A model generated the notes under the pieces. It searched no databases. It was not told the DNA's origin and saw only the letters and a program-made list of their open reading frames with translations. Source: Oceanispirochaeta sp. (GTDB lineage: Bacteria > Spirochaetota > Spirochaetia > DSM-2461). Taken from it: DNA of 64,000 nucleotides. The DNA is taken from positions 1,696,001 to 1,760,000 of the forward strand of contig CAXXOA010000002.1 of the NCBI GenBank assembly GCA_963666275.2, written 5' to 3'. Shown here one piece after another: positions 1 through 9,596 of the stretch (within the stretch, counting starts at the first letter, position 1; every line of letters begins with the position of its first letter). A program made the translations under genes and the position numbers.

Positions 1-528
1 CGGGAAATTTACGGGATCAATAAGTCTGTGGAAGATCTGATCGCCTTTCAGGAGAGCATCTATATGGAGATGGCCCGGGAAGAAATTGCGGCATTTCCCG
101 AAATGGAAAAGTTTGCCCGCTGGGCTAAAGACAGGGGCTTGCTCGTCGCCATCGCCTCGGGTTCCAGTAACCGGGTTATTGAAGAATTGACCGAAATAGC
201 CGGTGTACGGGACCTCTTCGAGCTCCGGATATCCTCAGAAGAGGTGGAGAAGGGGAAGCCCGCACCAGATGTCTTTCTGGAAACTGCAAAACGGCTCCAT
301 GTTGCACCGGATGAGTGTCTGGTGATAGAAGATTCCCCTTTCGGGGTAGAAGCCGCCAGAAGGGCGGGAATGGCTTGTGTGGCTGTGCCACAGTTTTCCA
401 CCCCTGATCCCAAAGGCTACTTTGATTACGCCAGCCTCCGGTACCGTCAGGGGATGCAGGAGTTTACCTCATCCAGCCTGGTGGAGTGGATCCGGGATAA
501 AGTGATTCCTGTATCTGTGAAAGCCTGA
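1..528 (+). CDS. HAD-superfamily hydrolase (beta-phosphoglucomutase-like), 5' end truncated by window
   Basis: Frame is open from base 1; HAD motifs IASGS, KGKPAPDVFL, IEDSPFGVEAA. Confidence 0.85.
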   Translation, partial: REIYGINKSVEDLIAFQESIYMEMAREEIAAFPEMEKFARWAKDRGLLVAIASGSSNRVIEELTEIAGVRDLFELRISSEEVEKGKPAPDVFLETAKRLHVAPDECLVIEDSPFGVEAARRAGMACVAVPQFSTPDPKGYFDYASLRYRQGMQEFTSSSLVEWIRDKVIPVSVKA

Positions 529-551
529 CAGCTCTTTCGGAAAAAATCCTA

Positions 552-1187
552 CTACTCAGCAAAAATCCCGGTGTTTTCACTGGGAATGGCTTTGTCTTTC
601 CCGATATACTTTTCCAAAGTAAAAGGTATCTCTATGACGCCCTCATCTCCCTGGGGGGTCTTGGCCGGTATACGGATTGTACCCTTGGTTGCATCTTTTA
701 TGGGGATCAGGAATACAAGAAAACCCTTAAAAGGAGCGTCCGGTGAGGCTGAAAATTCCGAAGGTTTCAGAGTTTTGTTTATTCTGTTCCGCATGTGTAG
801 AGCCTGAGTATCATTATCATAATAGGAATTCCAGTTACTGTTTAATGTGAAATAGTTGGATGCCTTATAGGTACTCTCTCCAATCGAAATCGTTATGGTC
901 TCCCGTGAGAATTCCACTTCTGAAGTCTCGGTTGTAATAGATGTATCAAATACCAGCAGATACCGGGGAGGAAGTTTTCCCGGGAAATCAATAAAGGGGT
1001 TTTCATCTTTTCCGTACAGTTCGATTAGATTATCTCTGGTCAATGGTGTGAGCCTGAACTGTATATCCGATATTTTGTATTCAATAGTATCCTGTGTCGG
1101 TTGGTAAGTTGTGGTTCTACAGCCTGTAAGAATGGCAAGTGAGAAAAGCAGTACGGGTATGATTGCTCGAAAAATTCTGAAATACAT
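552..1187 (-). CDS. Hypothetical lipoprotein
   Basis: Signal peptide with lipobox ILTG-C; no recognisable family. Confidence 0.7.
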   Translation of the reverse strand: MYFRIFRAIIPVLLFSLAILTGCRTTTYQPTQDTIEYKISDIQFRLTPLTRDNLIELYGKDENPFIDFPGKLPPRYLLVFDTSITTETSEVEFSRETITISIGESTYKASNYFTLNSNWNSYYDNDTQALHMRNRINKTLKPSEFSASPDAPFKGFLVFLIPIKDATKGTIRIPAKTPQGDEGVIEIPFTLEKYIGKDKAIPSENTGIFAE

Positions 1188-1284
1188 CTAAAAGGCTCCT
1201 GTAAAGTTAGATGAGATAACAATAGCATGGAAGTCTCAGTTGTAAAATACAGCTGAGGAAATATCTTGATGCATTCCAAACTAT

Positions 1285-1315
1285 AAAAAAAGGCTGACCC
1301 GTGCAGGTCAGCCTT
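1285..1315 (-). terminator. Intrinsic terminator after porin-like gene
   Basis: AAGGCTGACC/GGTCAGCCTT stem; the A-run at 1285-1291 gives a U-tail on the minus strand. Confidence 0.8.
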
Positions 1316-1342
1316 ATATATTAAGCATATCTGAAAATCAGA

Positions 1343-2491
1343 TTAGAAAGAAGCTCCAACTTTCATGAAGAAGTTTCCTGCTCTGTCAGCTCCATCCATG
1401 AAACCGGCAGCGTAACCTTCGTAGTCAGAAGACAGAGTGTAACCGGCAGTGTAAGATACATTGTCGATAGCCAGTTTAGCACCAGCTTCGTATGCAATTA
1501 CATCTTCCATGTCTGCATCTCCGGCATCCAGGGGCATAGCCATGGCTGCGAAAACAGTTGCCATTTCGCTAACTGCATAGTTTGCATTCAGAGAAACAGT
1601 TGTTGTTTCTGAAAAAGAGGGGCCGTCTTCTACATCAAAGAAAGTAGTATTAGAAGCTGCACCAACAGTCAGAGCATCCATTGTGTAAGCAACAGACAGT
1701 CCGTAAGAAGTTACAGATGAGAGCTCAAGAGCGTCAATTTCTTCGAAAGAAGCATTCTCAAAACCAACACCAACAGTAAGACCATCCATTACAGCATAAG
1801 CACCGTTAATACCGAAAACAGTAGGTTCAACTGCTACGATTGCATCAGTTACAGAAGCAGGGGCACCTTCCGCTTCAGCATAAGCGGTCAGGACGTCAAG
1901 CGCTTTCCAACCAGCAGTTGCTTCACTGAAGTAGTATACAGATACGTCAGCACCTTCTACGATAGTACCGTAAACTTCTGCACCGAAGTTATTTCCTTCA
2001 TACATTGAAAGATCTACAGTTACAGGATCGATTCCGAGGCTTACTTTGGTCATCAGTGTTCCCTGGTCCAGAGCTCCGTCAGAAGCGAAATCACCATATC
2101 CGGCAACTTCATTGTAGTTTACAGGATCTCCACCAAGACCAGCGATACCGAAAGTTACTGCAACAGATACAGGAGATTCGATACCAAGAGCGCCAGTAAG
2201 GTCCTGAGTCAGGGTAGCCTGATTCATGTAGACAACACTGTCTCCGGATTCATCAGCAAGTTCTCCGTCTGTGTCTTCGTATTCAGCTTCGAATTCAGCT
2301 GAAATTGAAGTGTAGTCACCAACAGTTCCGCCAAGATCGAGTACCATATCATTGGTATCAATCTTTTCAGCATAGTCATCTGCATTGAAGGCCCATTCGA
2401 AATCAACTTCACCAGACGCGGTTACTTCAGCAAATACAGGGGCGGCCAGAATGGCCAGGACGATTGTCAGGATAACAAAAGTCTTTTTCAT
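1343..2491 (-). CDS. Outer-membrane beta-barrel / porin-like (major outer sheath-type) protein
   Basis: Signal peptide (VFA-E), alternating beta-strand pattern, C-terminal VGASF, very acidic; SD GGAG before ATG 2491. Confidence 0.75.
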   Translation of the reverse strand: MKKTFVILTIVLAILAAPVFAEVTASGEVDFEWAFNADDYAEKIDTNDMVLDLGGTVGDYTSISAEFEAEYEDTDGELADESGDSVVYMNQATLTQDLTGALGIESPVSVAVTFGIAGLGGDPVNYNEVAGYGDFASDGALDQGTLMTKVSLGIDPVTVDLSMYEGNNFGAEVYGTIVEGADVSVYYFSEATAGWKALDVLTAYAEAEGAPASVTDAIVAVEPTVFGINGAYAVMDGLTVGVGFENASFEEIDALELSSVTSYGLSVAYTMDALTVGAASNTTFFDVEDGPSFSETTTVSLNANYAVSEMATVFAAMAMPLDAGDADMEDVIAYEAGAKLAIDNVSYTAGYTLSSDYEGYAAGFMDGADRAGNFFMKVGASF

Positions 2492-2595
2492 AATTACTTT
2501 CACTCCTACTTGTTTTATTTACAGAACCAGGTTCTGCGTAATTTATACAGTTAACTCGATCTTAGGAGCCGTTTGTGTGCGCATTATGTAGTAAA

Positions 2596-2613
2596 TGTGA
2601 AGAATGTGTGAAG
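2596..2613 (-). promoter_or_regulatory. OmpR/PhoB-type direct-repeat box upstream of porin gene
   Basis: Minus strand CTTCACA-N4-CTTCACA, 11-bp period, ~105 bp upstream of the porin start and next to an OmpR-family two-component system. Confidence 0.55.
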
Positions 2614-2667
2614 CAAAGAAAAAATAACTGTTTTCTAACAGCAGAATATGGGGAGTAGACAGAACAT

Positions 2668-4020
2668 CTACACATTAAGGCTGGATGAACAGGTTTTCAT
2701 AAGCATTTCAAAGGAAATCCGGTTGTCATTGAGGTTTTCCACCTTCAATTCCGCCCCCAGGATCTCGGAGATTTTACGGGAAATGGTCAGTCCCAGACCG
2801 CTCCCTTTGGTCTTCCGGCTGAAATCGGCTTTATACAGGGGATCGAAGATCCTCTCCAGCTGTTCCCGCTCCAGCTGGCCCCGGGGGATCACACGGAAGT
2901 AGCCTGTTTTATCCAGAACGCCCATGCGGATCTCAATGGTCGATCCGGGCAGGGAGAATTCTATGGCATTTTCAATAAGATGGGTAAAGGCCGTTGTTAT
3001 TAGGGAAAAATCGCAGAGGAAGGAGAAGTCCATAAAATCCCATTCCAGCTCTATCTCCTTCTCTCTGGCCGGTTCTGTCAGTGTTATTACAAGGTGTTCC
3101 TTGATGGCTGGGGTCGAGATAAACTGTCTGGTGAGTTTGAAGTTGGAGGATTCCAGTTTGGAGAGCAGGGCAAAATCCCGGATCATCAGTTCCATCCCTG
3201 CCAGTTCGGATAGGATGGTTTCCCATCTTTCCGGGGTCATGGGAAGAATCCCGTCGCGGCAGGCTATGAACTGGGATTTCAGGGCCGTAATGGGTGTTCT
3301 CAGATCGTGGGTGATATTCTTGTACCAGCTGTTCCTCTGGCCCTCCTGCTGAATCATCTTCTTCTGCAGGAGCAGAGCCGCATCATTAATGGCCATCATT
3401 TCCGTTGTGGATGAGGGCGTTATTTCAAAGTTGTTGTATCCCTCGGAGAGATTCATCAGATTGATGGCTATCTCTTTGGCTTCTCCAGCGAAATGTCCTG
3501 CGATTCTGAAAGCAAGCCAGAGGGATACGAAAAAGGAGAAGATCATCCCTCCCAGAGCCATATGGATGATCCGGGAGATAAACTGCCTGTTTTCATCGAA
3601 ATGGCGGAATTCCACGGGGATCAGTATATAGTAACCTATAATCTCATTATTGAAATAATAGGGTGAAGCCGCGCTGTTGTCCGGTTCTGGCGGGGTATAG
3701 TTGTCAAGGCTGGAATTGAGCCAGTGGCAGACAAGGTTTTTATGTTTATCATAGATAAGCAGCTGTGCCATTCCTATAAGGCGCTGCTGAGCCTTTAGAA
3801 TATTTTTCTGGCAGATCTCCTCTGTTAAGTCTGTGGCTTCTCCTTCTGTAATCGAGGAGAACATGACATCCAGAGTTTCCTGGGCCTTCTTTTCAATTTT
3901 ACCGTTCCAGTCTTTCTGGGAACTCTGATAGGCCAGAAAAAAAGAAGAGCCTACGAAAACGAGATTAAGTCCGATAATGAGAAAAAAAGCCGCCAGAATC
4001 CTGGCGCTCATGGATTTCAC
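2668..4020 (-). CDS. Sensor histidine kinase (HisKA/HATPase)
   Basis: Two TM helices, H-box ITHDLRTP, N-box HLIENA, G2 GSGLGL; ATGA overlap with the regulator. Confidence 0.92.
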   Translation of the reverse strand: MKSMSARILAAFFLIIGLNLVFVGSSFFLAYQSSQKDWNGKIEKKAQETLDVMFSSITEGEATDLTEEICQKNILKAQQRLIGMAQLLIYDKHKNLVCHWLNSSLDNYTPPEPDNSAASPYYFNNEIIGYYILIPVEFRHFDENRQFISRIIHMALGGMIFSFFVSLWLAFRIAGHFAGEAKEIAINLMNLSEGYNNFEITPSSTTEMMAINDAALLLQKKMIQQEGQRNSWYKNITHDLRTPITALKSQFIACRDGILPMTPERWETILSELAGMELMIRDFALLSKLESSNFKLTRQFISTPAIKEHLVITLTEPAREKEIELEWDFMDFSFLCDFSLITTAFTHLIENAIEFSLPGSTIEIRMGVLDKTGYFRVIPRGQLEREQLERIFDPLYKADFSRKTKGSGLGLTISRKISEILGAELKVENLNDNRISFEMLMKTCSSSLNV

Positions 4021-4703
4021 TTACTGTTTCCTGCGAACCTGTATCCGTAACCCCGAACGGTCTCTATCCAGTCCGGATTCTGAAGCTTGGCTCTGAGATT
4101 CTTTATATGAGTATCCACAGTCCGGTCGTACCCTTCAAAAGAGTATTCAAGGCATCTGTCCAGAATCTGTTCCCGGGAAACAACTGCTCCCCCGTTGGAT
4201 GAAAGATAGAGCAGAATCTTCCACTCCGCAGCGGTGAGCTTCAAAGGCTGGTCGTTAAGAAGCGCTTTGTGAGAATCCTCATCGGTTGTCAGAACCTGAC
4301 CGTCCAGCTCCCATCCTGTCATTTTTTTCTGGGGAATCGTCGTCCCTGTCCTTTTAAGAACAGCCCCCACGCGGAGTACAAGTTCCTTGGGAGAGAAGGG
4401 TTTGACAATATAATCGTCCGCTCCGACTTCAAAACCCGTAATCCTGTCAGATTCGGACTCTCTGGCGGTCATAAATATGATGGGAATTTCGGACTTCTGC
4501 CGTATCTCCTTGGCAAAAACGAAACCGTCCCCGTCGGGAAGCATTGCATCCAGGATCAGAAGATCCGGAGTCCTTGCCATAATGGCTTCCTTGACGCCGC
4601 TGAGGACATCAAATTCCTCCACCTCATAATCGGATAATTTCAGGTACCCTGAAACCGCTTCTCTAATGGAGTTATTATCTTCTATTACAAATATCAGTGC
4701 CAT
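4017..4703 (-). CDS. OmpR-family response regulator
   Basis: Receiver (IED, LILDAMLP, GADDYIVKPF) plus winged helix (RTVDTHIKNLRAKL, IETVRGYGY). Confidence 0.95.
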   Translation of the reverse strand: MALIFVIEDNNSIREAVSGYLKLSDYEVEEFDVLSGVKEAIMARTPDLLILDAMLPDGDGFVFAKEIRQKSEIPIIFMTARESESDRITGFEVGADDYIVKPFSPKELVLRVGAVLKRTGTTIPQKKMTGWELDGQVLTTDEDSHKALLNDQPLKLTAAEWKILLYLSSNGGAVVSREQILDRCLEYSFEGYDRTVDTHIKNLRAKLQNPDWIETVRGYGYRFAGNSK

Positions 4704-4981
4704 ATTAATATTCTGTAGTAGAACCGGGATTTTATCCAGTCCTTTTTGTAAACGCCTTGAAGTTTTTCAATGAAACGCCGGAGGAAAAGGAATAAGGTCC
4801 TGAAATGGACAGCTCTTAATCAGCATCGATTCTCTTTTCAGTATTCTCTGTTTGGAGTCAAGGCCTGTTTTCCCTTCTCGTTGAAGAGCCTCAGTAATGG
4901 GGAACAGGGGATCTCCCTTCCTTTTTATAAAAGCCTATGGTATTATCCCAAAAAATGTCCATTTGAAGGGAGATATCTTTC

Positions 4982-5983
4982 ATGAGCAAACAGGTGGCTC
5001 TTACGGGGATAAAGCCTACGGGAATGCCCCATCTCGGAAATTATCTGGGAGCTGTTAAACCGGCCCTTGAGCTGGCGGAAAAATACGAAGCCCGCTACTT
5101 TATAGCAGATTATCATTCACTGAATTCCATAAAAGACCCGGTTGCTCTGAGAGAGTATACCTATGAAATAGCCGCCTGCTGGCTTGCCTGCGGCCTGGAC
5201 CCGGAAAAGGTTCTTATCTACAGGCAGTCTGATGTTCCCGAAACATTTGAACTGACCACCATGATTATGGCTTTTACCCCCAAGGGGCTGATGAACAGGG
5301 CTCATGCCTACAAGGCCCAGCTTGATCAGAACAGGGAGAAGGGGAAACCCGAAGACTATAACATTAATATGGGCCTGTATACCTATCCGGTTCTGATGGC
5401 GGCGGATATCCTTCTTTTCGATACAAATTATGTTCCCGTCGGCAAGGATCAGGTGCAGCATATTGAAATGGCTGTGGATATTGCCCAGGCGGTAAACAGA
5501 AACTATAAAAAGGATCTGCTGACTCTGCCCGAACCGGTTGTTTCCGAATCCACGCAGGTTGTGGTGGGGCTCGACGGAAGAAAGATGAGCAAGAGTTATG
5601 ATAATACAATTCCTCTCTTTGTTCCTGAGAAGAAACTGAAAAAACTCTGCAATAAGATTGTCACAAACTCGCAGAGTGTGGATGAACCGAAGGATCCGGA
5701 AACCTGCAATGTCTTTACCCTTTATAAACTCTTTGCTGCGCCCGAACAGCAGGAGGCTCTGGCTGAGCGGTACCGGGCAGGCGGTATGGGCTGGGGCGAG
5801 GCCAAGGGTGAACTGTTCAATGTGCTGAATGAGCAGATCTCTCCCATGAGAGAAAAATATGAAGAGCTTATGGCTGACAGATCCAGGATCGACCGGATTC
5901 TCCGGGAAGGCTCCGAAAGAGCCCGCGAACTGGCCTCAGAGAAGATCAGGACTCTGAGAAAAGCCATGGGTTTTGATCTCTGA
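4982..5983 (+). CDS. trpS: Tryptophanyl-tRNA synthetase
   Basis: TGIKPTG-HLGN (HIGH), VPVGKDQVQH, KMSKS. Confidence 0.97.
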   Translation: MSKQVALTGIKPTGMPHLGNYLGAVKPALELAEKYEARYFIADYHSLNSIKDPVALREYTYEIAACWLACGLDPEKVLIYRQSDVPETFELTTMIMAFTPKGLMNRAHAYKAQLDQNREKGKPEDYNINMGLYTYPVLMAADILLFDTNYVPVGKDQVQHIEMAVDIAQAVNRNYKKDLLTLPEPVVSESTQVVVGLDGRKMSKSYDNTIPLFVPEKKLKKLCNKIVTNSQSVDEPKDPETCNVFTLYKLFAAPEQQEALAERYRAGGMGWGEAKGELFNVLNEQISPMREKYEELMADRSRIDRILREGSERARELASEKIRTLRKAMGFDL

Positions 5984-6022
5984 TATTTTTCTTAACAATT
6001 TCTTAACAGATCCGGTTTTTAG

Positions 6023-6051
6023 AGGGAGTCTTCCATAGGCTCCCTTTTTTT
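6023..6051 (+). terminator. Intrinsic terminator after trpS
   Basis: AGGGAGTCT/AGGCTCCCT stem followed by a T-run. Confidence 0.8.
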
Positions 6052-6059
6052 ATGATTGA

Positions 6060-6075
6060 TGGCACGGTAATTGTG
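6060..6075 (+). promoter_or_regulatory. Sigma54 (-24/-12) promoter candidate
   Basis: TGGCAC-GGTAA-TTGT; same spacing and TTGT variant as the site before pspA. Confidence 0.6.
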
Positions 6076-6100
6076 ATAGTTCCCTCTATAAGGAGGAATT

Positions 6101-6982
6101 ATGCTGGATTATATTACCCATCTTGTCCTGGCCCATCAGCATCATGGAAAATACAGGGATATTCTGCACAGGGAGATTCACTCTCTCATCTATGATTATC
6201 CCCGCAGAAACTACTGCCTGCCTGAAGAGGAGTGGTGTGAGTTTATGCTCTCTCTCCAGACCAGGATCGACTCTCTGATCTCCGGATTTGAATTCAGGGG
6301 GTACTCGTTTGTCGCCTATCTGAACCGGACCCTTTCCTGGCAGGTAAAATCCTACTGGGGTTCCCGGAAGAACAGGCTGAACCGGGAGTGGATTATGGAG
6401 AGAGAGTCTGCCCTTGGCTATGAGGAGATTCAGGAGGAACCCCGGGAACTCTGTTCTCTGAAACAGAAGGTCCTTCAGCTTGTCCTGTTAAAGGGGGATA
6501 CGCCCAATAGAAGACGGGTCCTGAGATTGAGGCTTCTTATCCTTCTTCTTAAAAATATTCAGTTTCTTGAGGAACAGGAATTTCTTGACTGTGCCGCAGA
6601 CTTGCGGTTTGATCCCCGTGAAGCCTCGCTCTGGCGGGTCACACTCCTGAACTGCATTCAGGAGAGGATGGGGCGTCGTAATCTTCTCATCGAGCGGCGC
6701 AACCATCTGTACCATAAAATCACCTACTACCAGAAAAAGAGAATGGAACTGTTCTGCGAATACGAAAGAGCTCTTCTGGACGAGAGGATTGCCCGGTTCC
6801 GGAAAAGGCACGGCCGGATCAATGAGGAGCTAAGCCGGGTCTGTCTTGTCCCTTCCAACAGGGAAATCAGTTCTCTTCTGAATATTCCCAAAGGATCTGT
6901 GGATTCAGGGCTTTTCTACCTGAAGGAAATGATGATGCAGATAAGCCGGGACGCTGAAGAGCCTGCAGATCTTTCCGGATAA
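6101..6982 (+). CDS. Hypothetical protein resembling a divergent sigma70-family factor
   Basis: Strong SD AAGGAGG; region-2-like FEFRGYSFVAYLNRTLSWQVKSY and region-4-like HTH PSNREISSLLNIPKGSVDSGL. Confidence 0.55.
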   Translation: MLDYITHLVLAHQHHGKYRDILHREIHSLIYDYPRRNYCLPEEEWCEFMLSLQTRIDSLISGFEFRGYSFVAYLNRTLSWQVKSYWGSRKNRLNREWIMERESALGYEEIQEEPRELCSLKQKVLQLVLLKGDTPNRRRVLRLRLLILLLKNIQFLEEQEFLDCAADLRFDPREASLWRVTLLNCIQERMGRRNLLIERRNHLYHKITYYQKKRMELFCEYERALLDERIARFRKRHGRINEELSRVCLVPSNREISSLLNIPKGSVDSGLFYLKEMMMQISRDAEEPADLSG

Positions 6983-7027
6983 AATCCGCGCTTGCCTGGA
7001 GGAGGAGTAATGCATTATCTTCTATGT

Positions 7028-7627
7028 ATGGAAATAATACTGGCAAGCGGAAATATGCATAAAAAGAAAGAACTGGAGAAGATTTTCTCCGGTCATAAAC
7101 TGGTACTGCCCGGGGAACTGGGGATCGATTTTGACTGTGATGAAACAGGCTCTACATTTCTGGAGAATGCCCTTCTCAAAGCGGAAACTCTGTACCGTCT
7201 GGTGAACAAACCTGTTCTGGCTGATGATTCGGGGCTCTGTGTTGACGCCATGGACGGGGCGCCGGGGATCTACTCCGCCCGTTACGGCTCCGAGGAGACT
7301 GGAGTGAAGCTCAGCGATGAAGAGCGGAATGCTCTGCTCCTGTCCCGTCTGGAAGAGGAGGAGAACAGAGCGGCATCCTTTGTCTGCTGTATGGCCCTTA
7401 TGATCTCTCCCGGGAGGGTTTTTACTGTACAGGAATCTTTTCCCGGCTCCATTGCCCGTCAGCCCTTCGGCGGCGGAGGATTCGGTTATGATCCCGTCTT
7501 TATTGAACCTGAAAGCGGAAAAACGGTAGCGGAACTTCCCGAAGAAGAGAAGAACAGAATCTCCCACAGAGGGAGAGCGGGAAGACGGATGAATGCTGTT
7601 CTGGAGGACCTTGATGAGTACAGATAA
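7028..7627 (+). CDS. rdgB: Non-canonical purine NTP pyrophosphatase (RdgB/HAM1)
   Basis: LASGNMHK, ADDSGL, APGIYSARY, GFGYDPVF, KNRISHRG. Confidence 0.95.
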   Translation: MEIILASGNMHKKKELEKIFSGHKLVLPGELGIDFDCDETGSTFLENALLKAETLYRLVNKPVLADDSGLCVDAMDGAPGIYSARYGSEETGVKLSDEERNALLLSRLEEEENRAASFVCCMALMISPGRVFTVQESFPGSIARQPFGGGGFGYDPVFIEPESGKTVAELPEEEKNRISHRGRAGRRMNAVLEDLDEYR

Positions 7628-9413
7628 TGCCACGCCCCTGAGGGGAAATGTTCCTGAAAAAGATAAATGGGATCTGGGGTCTCTTTATAATAAGGAAGAA
7701 GACTGGGAAAAAGATCTTAAAATTCTGGAAGAGAGGATCCCCGGACTGGAGGCTTTCAAAGGCACTCTCGGTGAGTCGGTGGAAACGATGAAAGCCTGTC
7801 TGGATTACTATTACGAGACAGAACTTCTGGAGGAGAGACTGGGATACTATGCCATGCTCCGAAAAGAGGAAAATGTCTCGGACAGTGAGGGGACAGGCCG
7901 TTTTTCCCGGTATGTCAGTGTGGCCACCAAAAGCGGAGCTGCCGCGAGTTTTCTGAAACCCGAGATCCAGAGCCTCAGTGAAGAGACTCTGGAGAAGTAC
8001 AGGACCTCTCCGGTCCTGAAAGACTACGGCAATGCTCTGGACAGGCTGATCCGCTACAAGCCCCATATCCTTTCGGAGAAAGAGGAGATCCTTCTGGCCA
8101 GACAGGCCGAATCGGCTCAGACTCCCGGAAAGGCATTTTCAGCACTGACCAATGCGGATATGGATTTTGGAACCCTCAAAGCCGGGGGGGTGGAAAAGCC
8201 TCTGACCAATTCGACTTTCGGTGTTTTCCTTCTGGATCCGGACAGGGAGGTACGGAAATCCGCGTTCTTTCAGTTCTATAAGCAGTTTGAAGGCCACCGG
8301 AACACCCTGGCGGAGCTCTACTCGGGAAGTGTCCTGACCGATATCTACAAAGCCCGGATCAGAGGGTTTGAAACAGCCCGGCAGGCAAGCCTCTTTCCGG
8401 ATGATGTACCCGACAGTGTCTACGATAATCTTATAAACACAGTGGGAAACAACCTGGAGCCTCTTCACAGGTATTATGAGCTCAGACGAAAGGTTTTGGG
8501 GCTGGAAAAGCTTCATCTGTATGATACAAAAGTCTCTCTGGTTTCTGATGTGAAGGTAAAGCATACCTTTGATCAGGCCGTGGAAAAAGTCCTCAGTGCT
8601 CTTTCCCCTCTGGGAGAGGAGTACGTTTCCACTCTGAAACAGGGCCTCACCGGAGGCTGGGTGGACAAGTATGAAAATAAAGGCAAACGGTCGGGAGCAT
8701 TTTCTGCCGGATCCTACAGGGGGGATCCCTATATCCTTATGAACTTTAAAGAGGATGATATCCGGGATGTTTTTACCCTGGCTCACGAAGGGGGGCACTC
8801 CATGCACTCCTGGTACTCTGTGCGGAACAACCTCTTTCAGGATTATAACTATACGATCTTTGAAGCCGAGGTAGCCTCGACTTTCAATGAACAGCTCCTG
8901 GCTGAGTATCTGCAGAATGAGACGGACGACAGGAACCTGAAGCTCTACCTCATCGGAAGGCAGATCGATGATATCCTGGCGACGATCTACAGACAGACCA
9001 TGTTTGCCGAATATGAACTCATATGTCATACCCTGGCCGAGAGCGGCTCGCCTCTGACCGTGGATGTTCTGCGGCGGGAATACAGGTCTCTTCTTGAAAA
9101 ATACTTCGGCGACAATGTGGAGATAGATGAACCTGCTGATCTGGAAGGGTTGAGGATTCCCCATTTCTACAGGGCCTTTTATGTCTATAAATATGCCACA
9201 GGTCTTTCTGCGGCGATGACCCTTTCGCAGATGGTTCTTCAGGGAGGGGATAAGGAAAGGGAGAACTATCTCGGTTTCCTCAAGTCAGGGGGCTCCCGCT
9301 TTCCTCTGGAATCTCTGAAGCTGGCCGGAGTGGATATGTCCAGGAGCGAACCTGTAGAGAAAGCGCTTAAGAAGTTTTCTGAACTGGTGATATTTTTTGA
9401 AAAGTCTTTATAA
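7614..9413 (+). CDS. pepF: Oligoendopeptidase F (M3B)
   Basis: KWDL N-terminus, GKRSGAFS, HEGGHSMH zinc motif, AEVAS, PHFYRAFYVYKYATG. Confidence 0.95.
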   Translation: MSTDNATPLRGNVPEKDKWDLGSLYNKEEDWEKDLKILEERIPGLEAFKGTLGESVETMKACLDYYYETELLEERLGYYAMLRKEENVSDSEGTGRFSRYVSVATKSGAAASFLKPEIQSLSEETLEKYRTSPVLKDYGNALDRLIRYKPHILSEKEEILLARQAESAQTPGKAFSALTNADMDFGTLKAGGVEKPLTNSTFGVFLLDPDREVRKSAFFQFYKQFEGHRNTLAELYSGSVLTDIYKARIRGFETARQASLFPDDVPDSVYDNLINTVGNNLEPLHRYYELRRKVLGLEKLHLYDTKVSLVSDVKVKHTFDQAVEKVLSALSPLGEEYVSTLKQGLTGGWVDKYENKGKRSGAFSAGSYRGDPYILMNFKEDDIRDVFTLAHEGGHSMHSWYSVRNNLFQDYNYTIFEAEVASTFNEQLLAEYLQNETDDRNLKLYLIGRQIDDILATIYRQTMFAEYELICHTLAESGSPLTVDVLRREYRSLLEKYFGDNVEIDEPADLEGLRIPHFYRAFYVYKYATGLSAAMTLSQMVLQGGDKERENYLGFLKSGGSRFPLESLKLAGVDMSRSEPVEKALKKFSELVIFFEKSL

Positions 9414-9544
9414 AATTACAACAGGAGATTTTTTTATTCAATTCTATAACTGATAAATATATAAAATAATTCTATTTCTATTCCGTCAAGAACTATATAA
9501 ATGATGTATCTAATTCTCTTGACGGAATATTTTTTTTTGTATAA

Positions 9545-9581
9545 ATTGCACTATAGGTGCAATAAGTGCACTTTAAATGTA
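9545..9581. promoter_or_regulatory. Tandem palindromic operator (likely TetR) overlapping the MMPL operon promoter
   Basis: ATTGCAC-TATAG-GTGCAAT perfect inverted repeat plus TGCAC-TTTAA-ATGTA 20 bp later; -35 TTGACG at 9519, -10-like TAAATT at 9542. Confidence 0.65.
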
Positions 9582-9596
9582 TTATTGGAGAAATAA

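Noticed and set aside
4704..4981. Possible T-box leader or small ORF (4770-4985) upstream of trpS
   Set aside because: No T-box consensus or terminator/antiterminator seen; the ORF has no SD or motif
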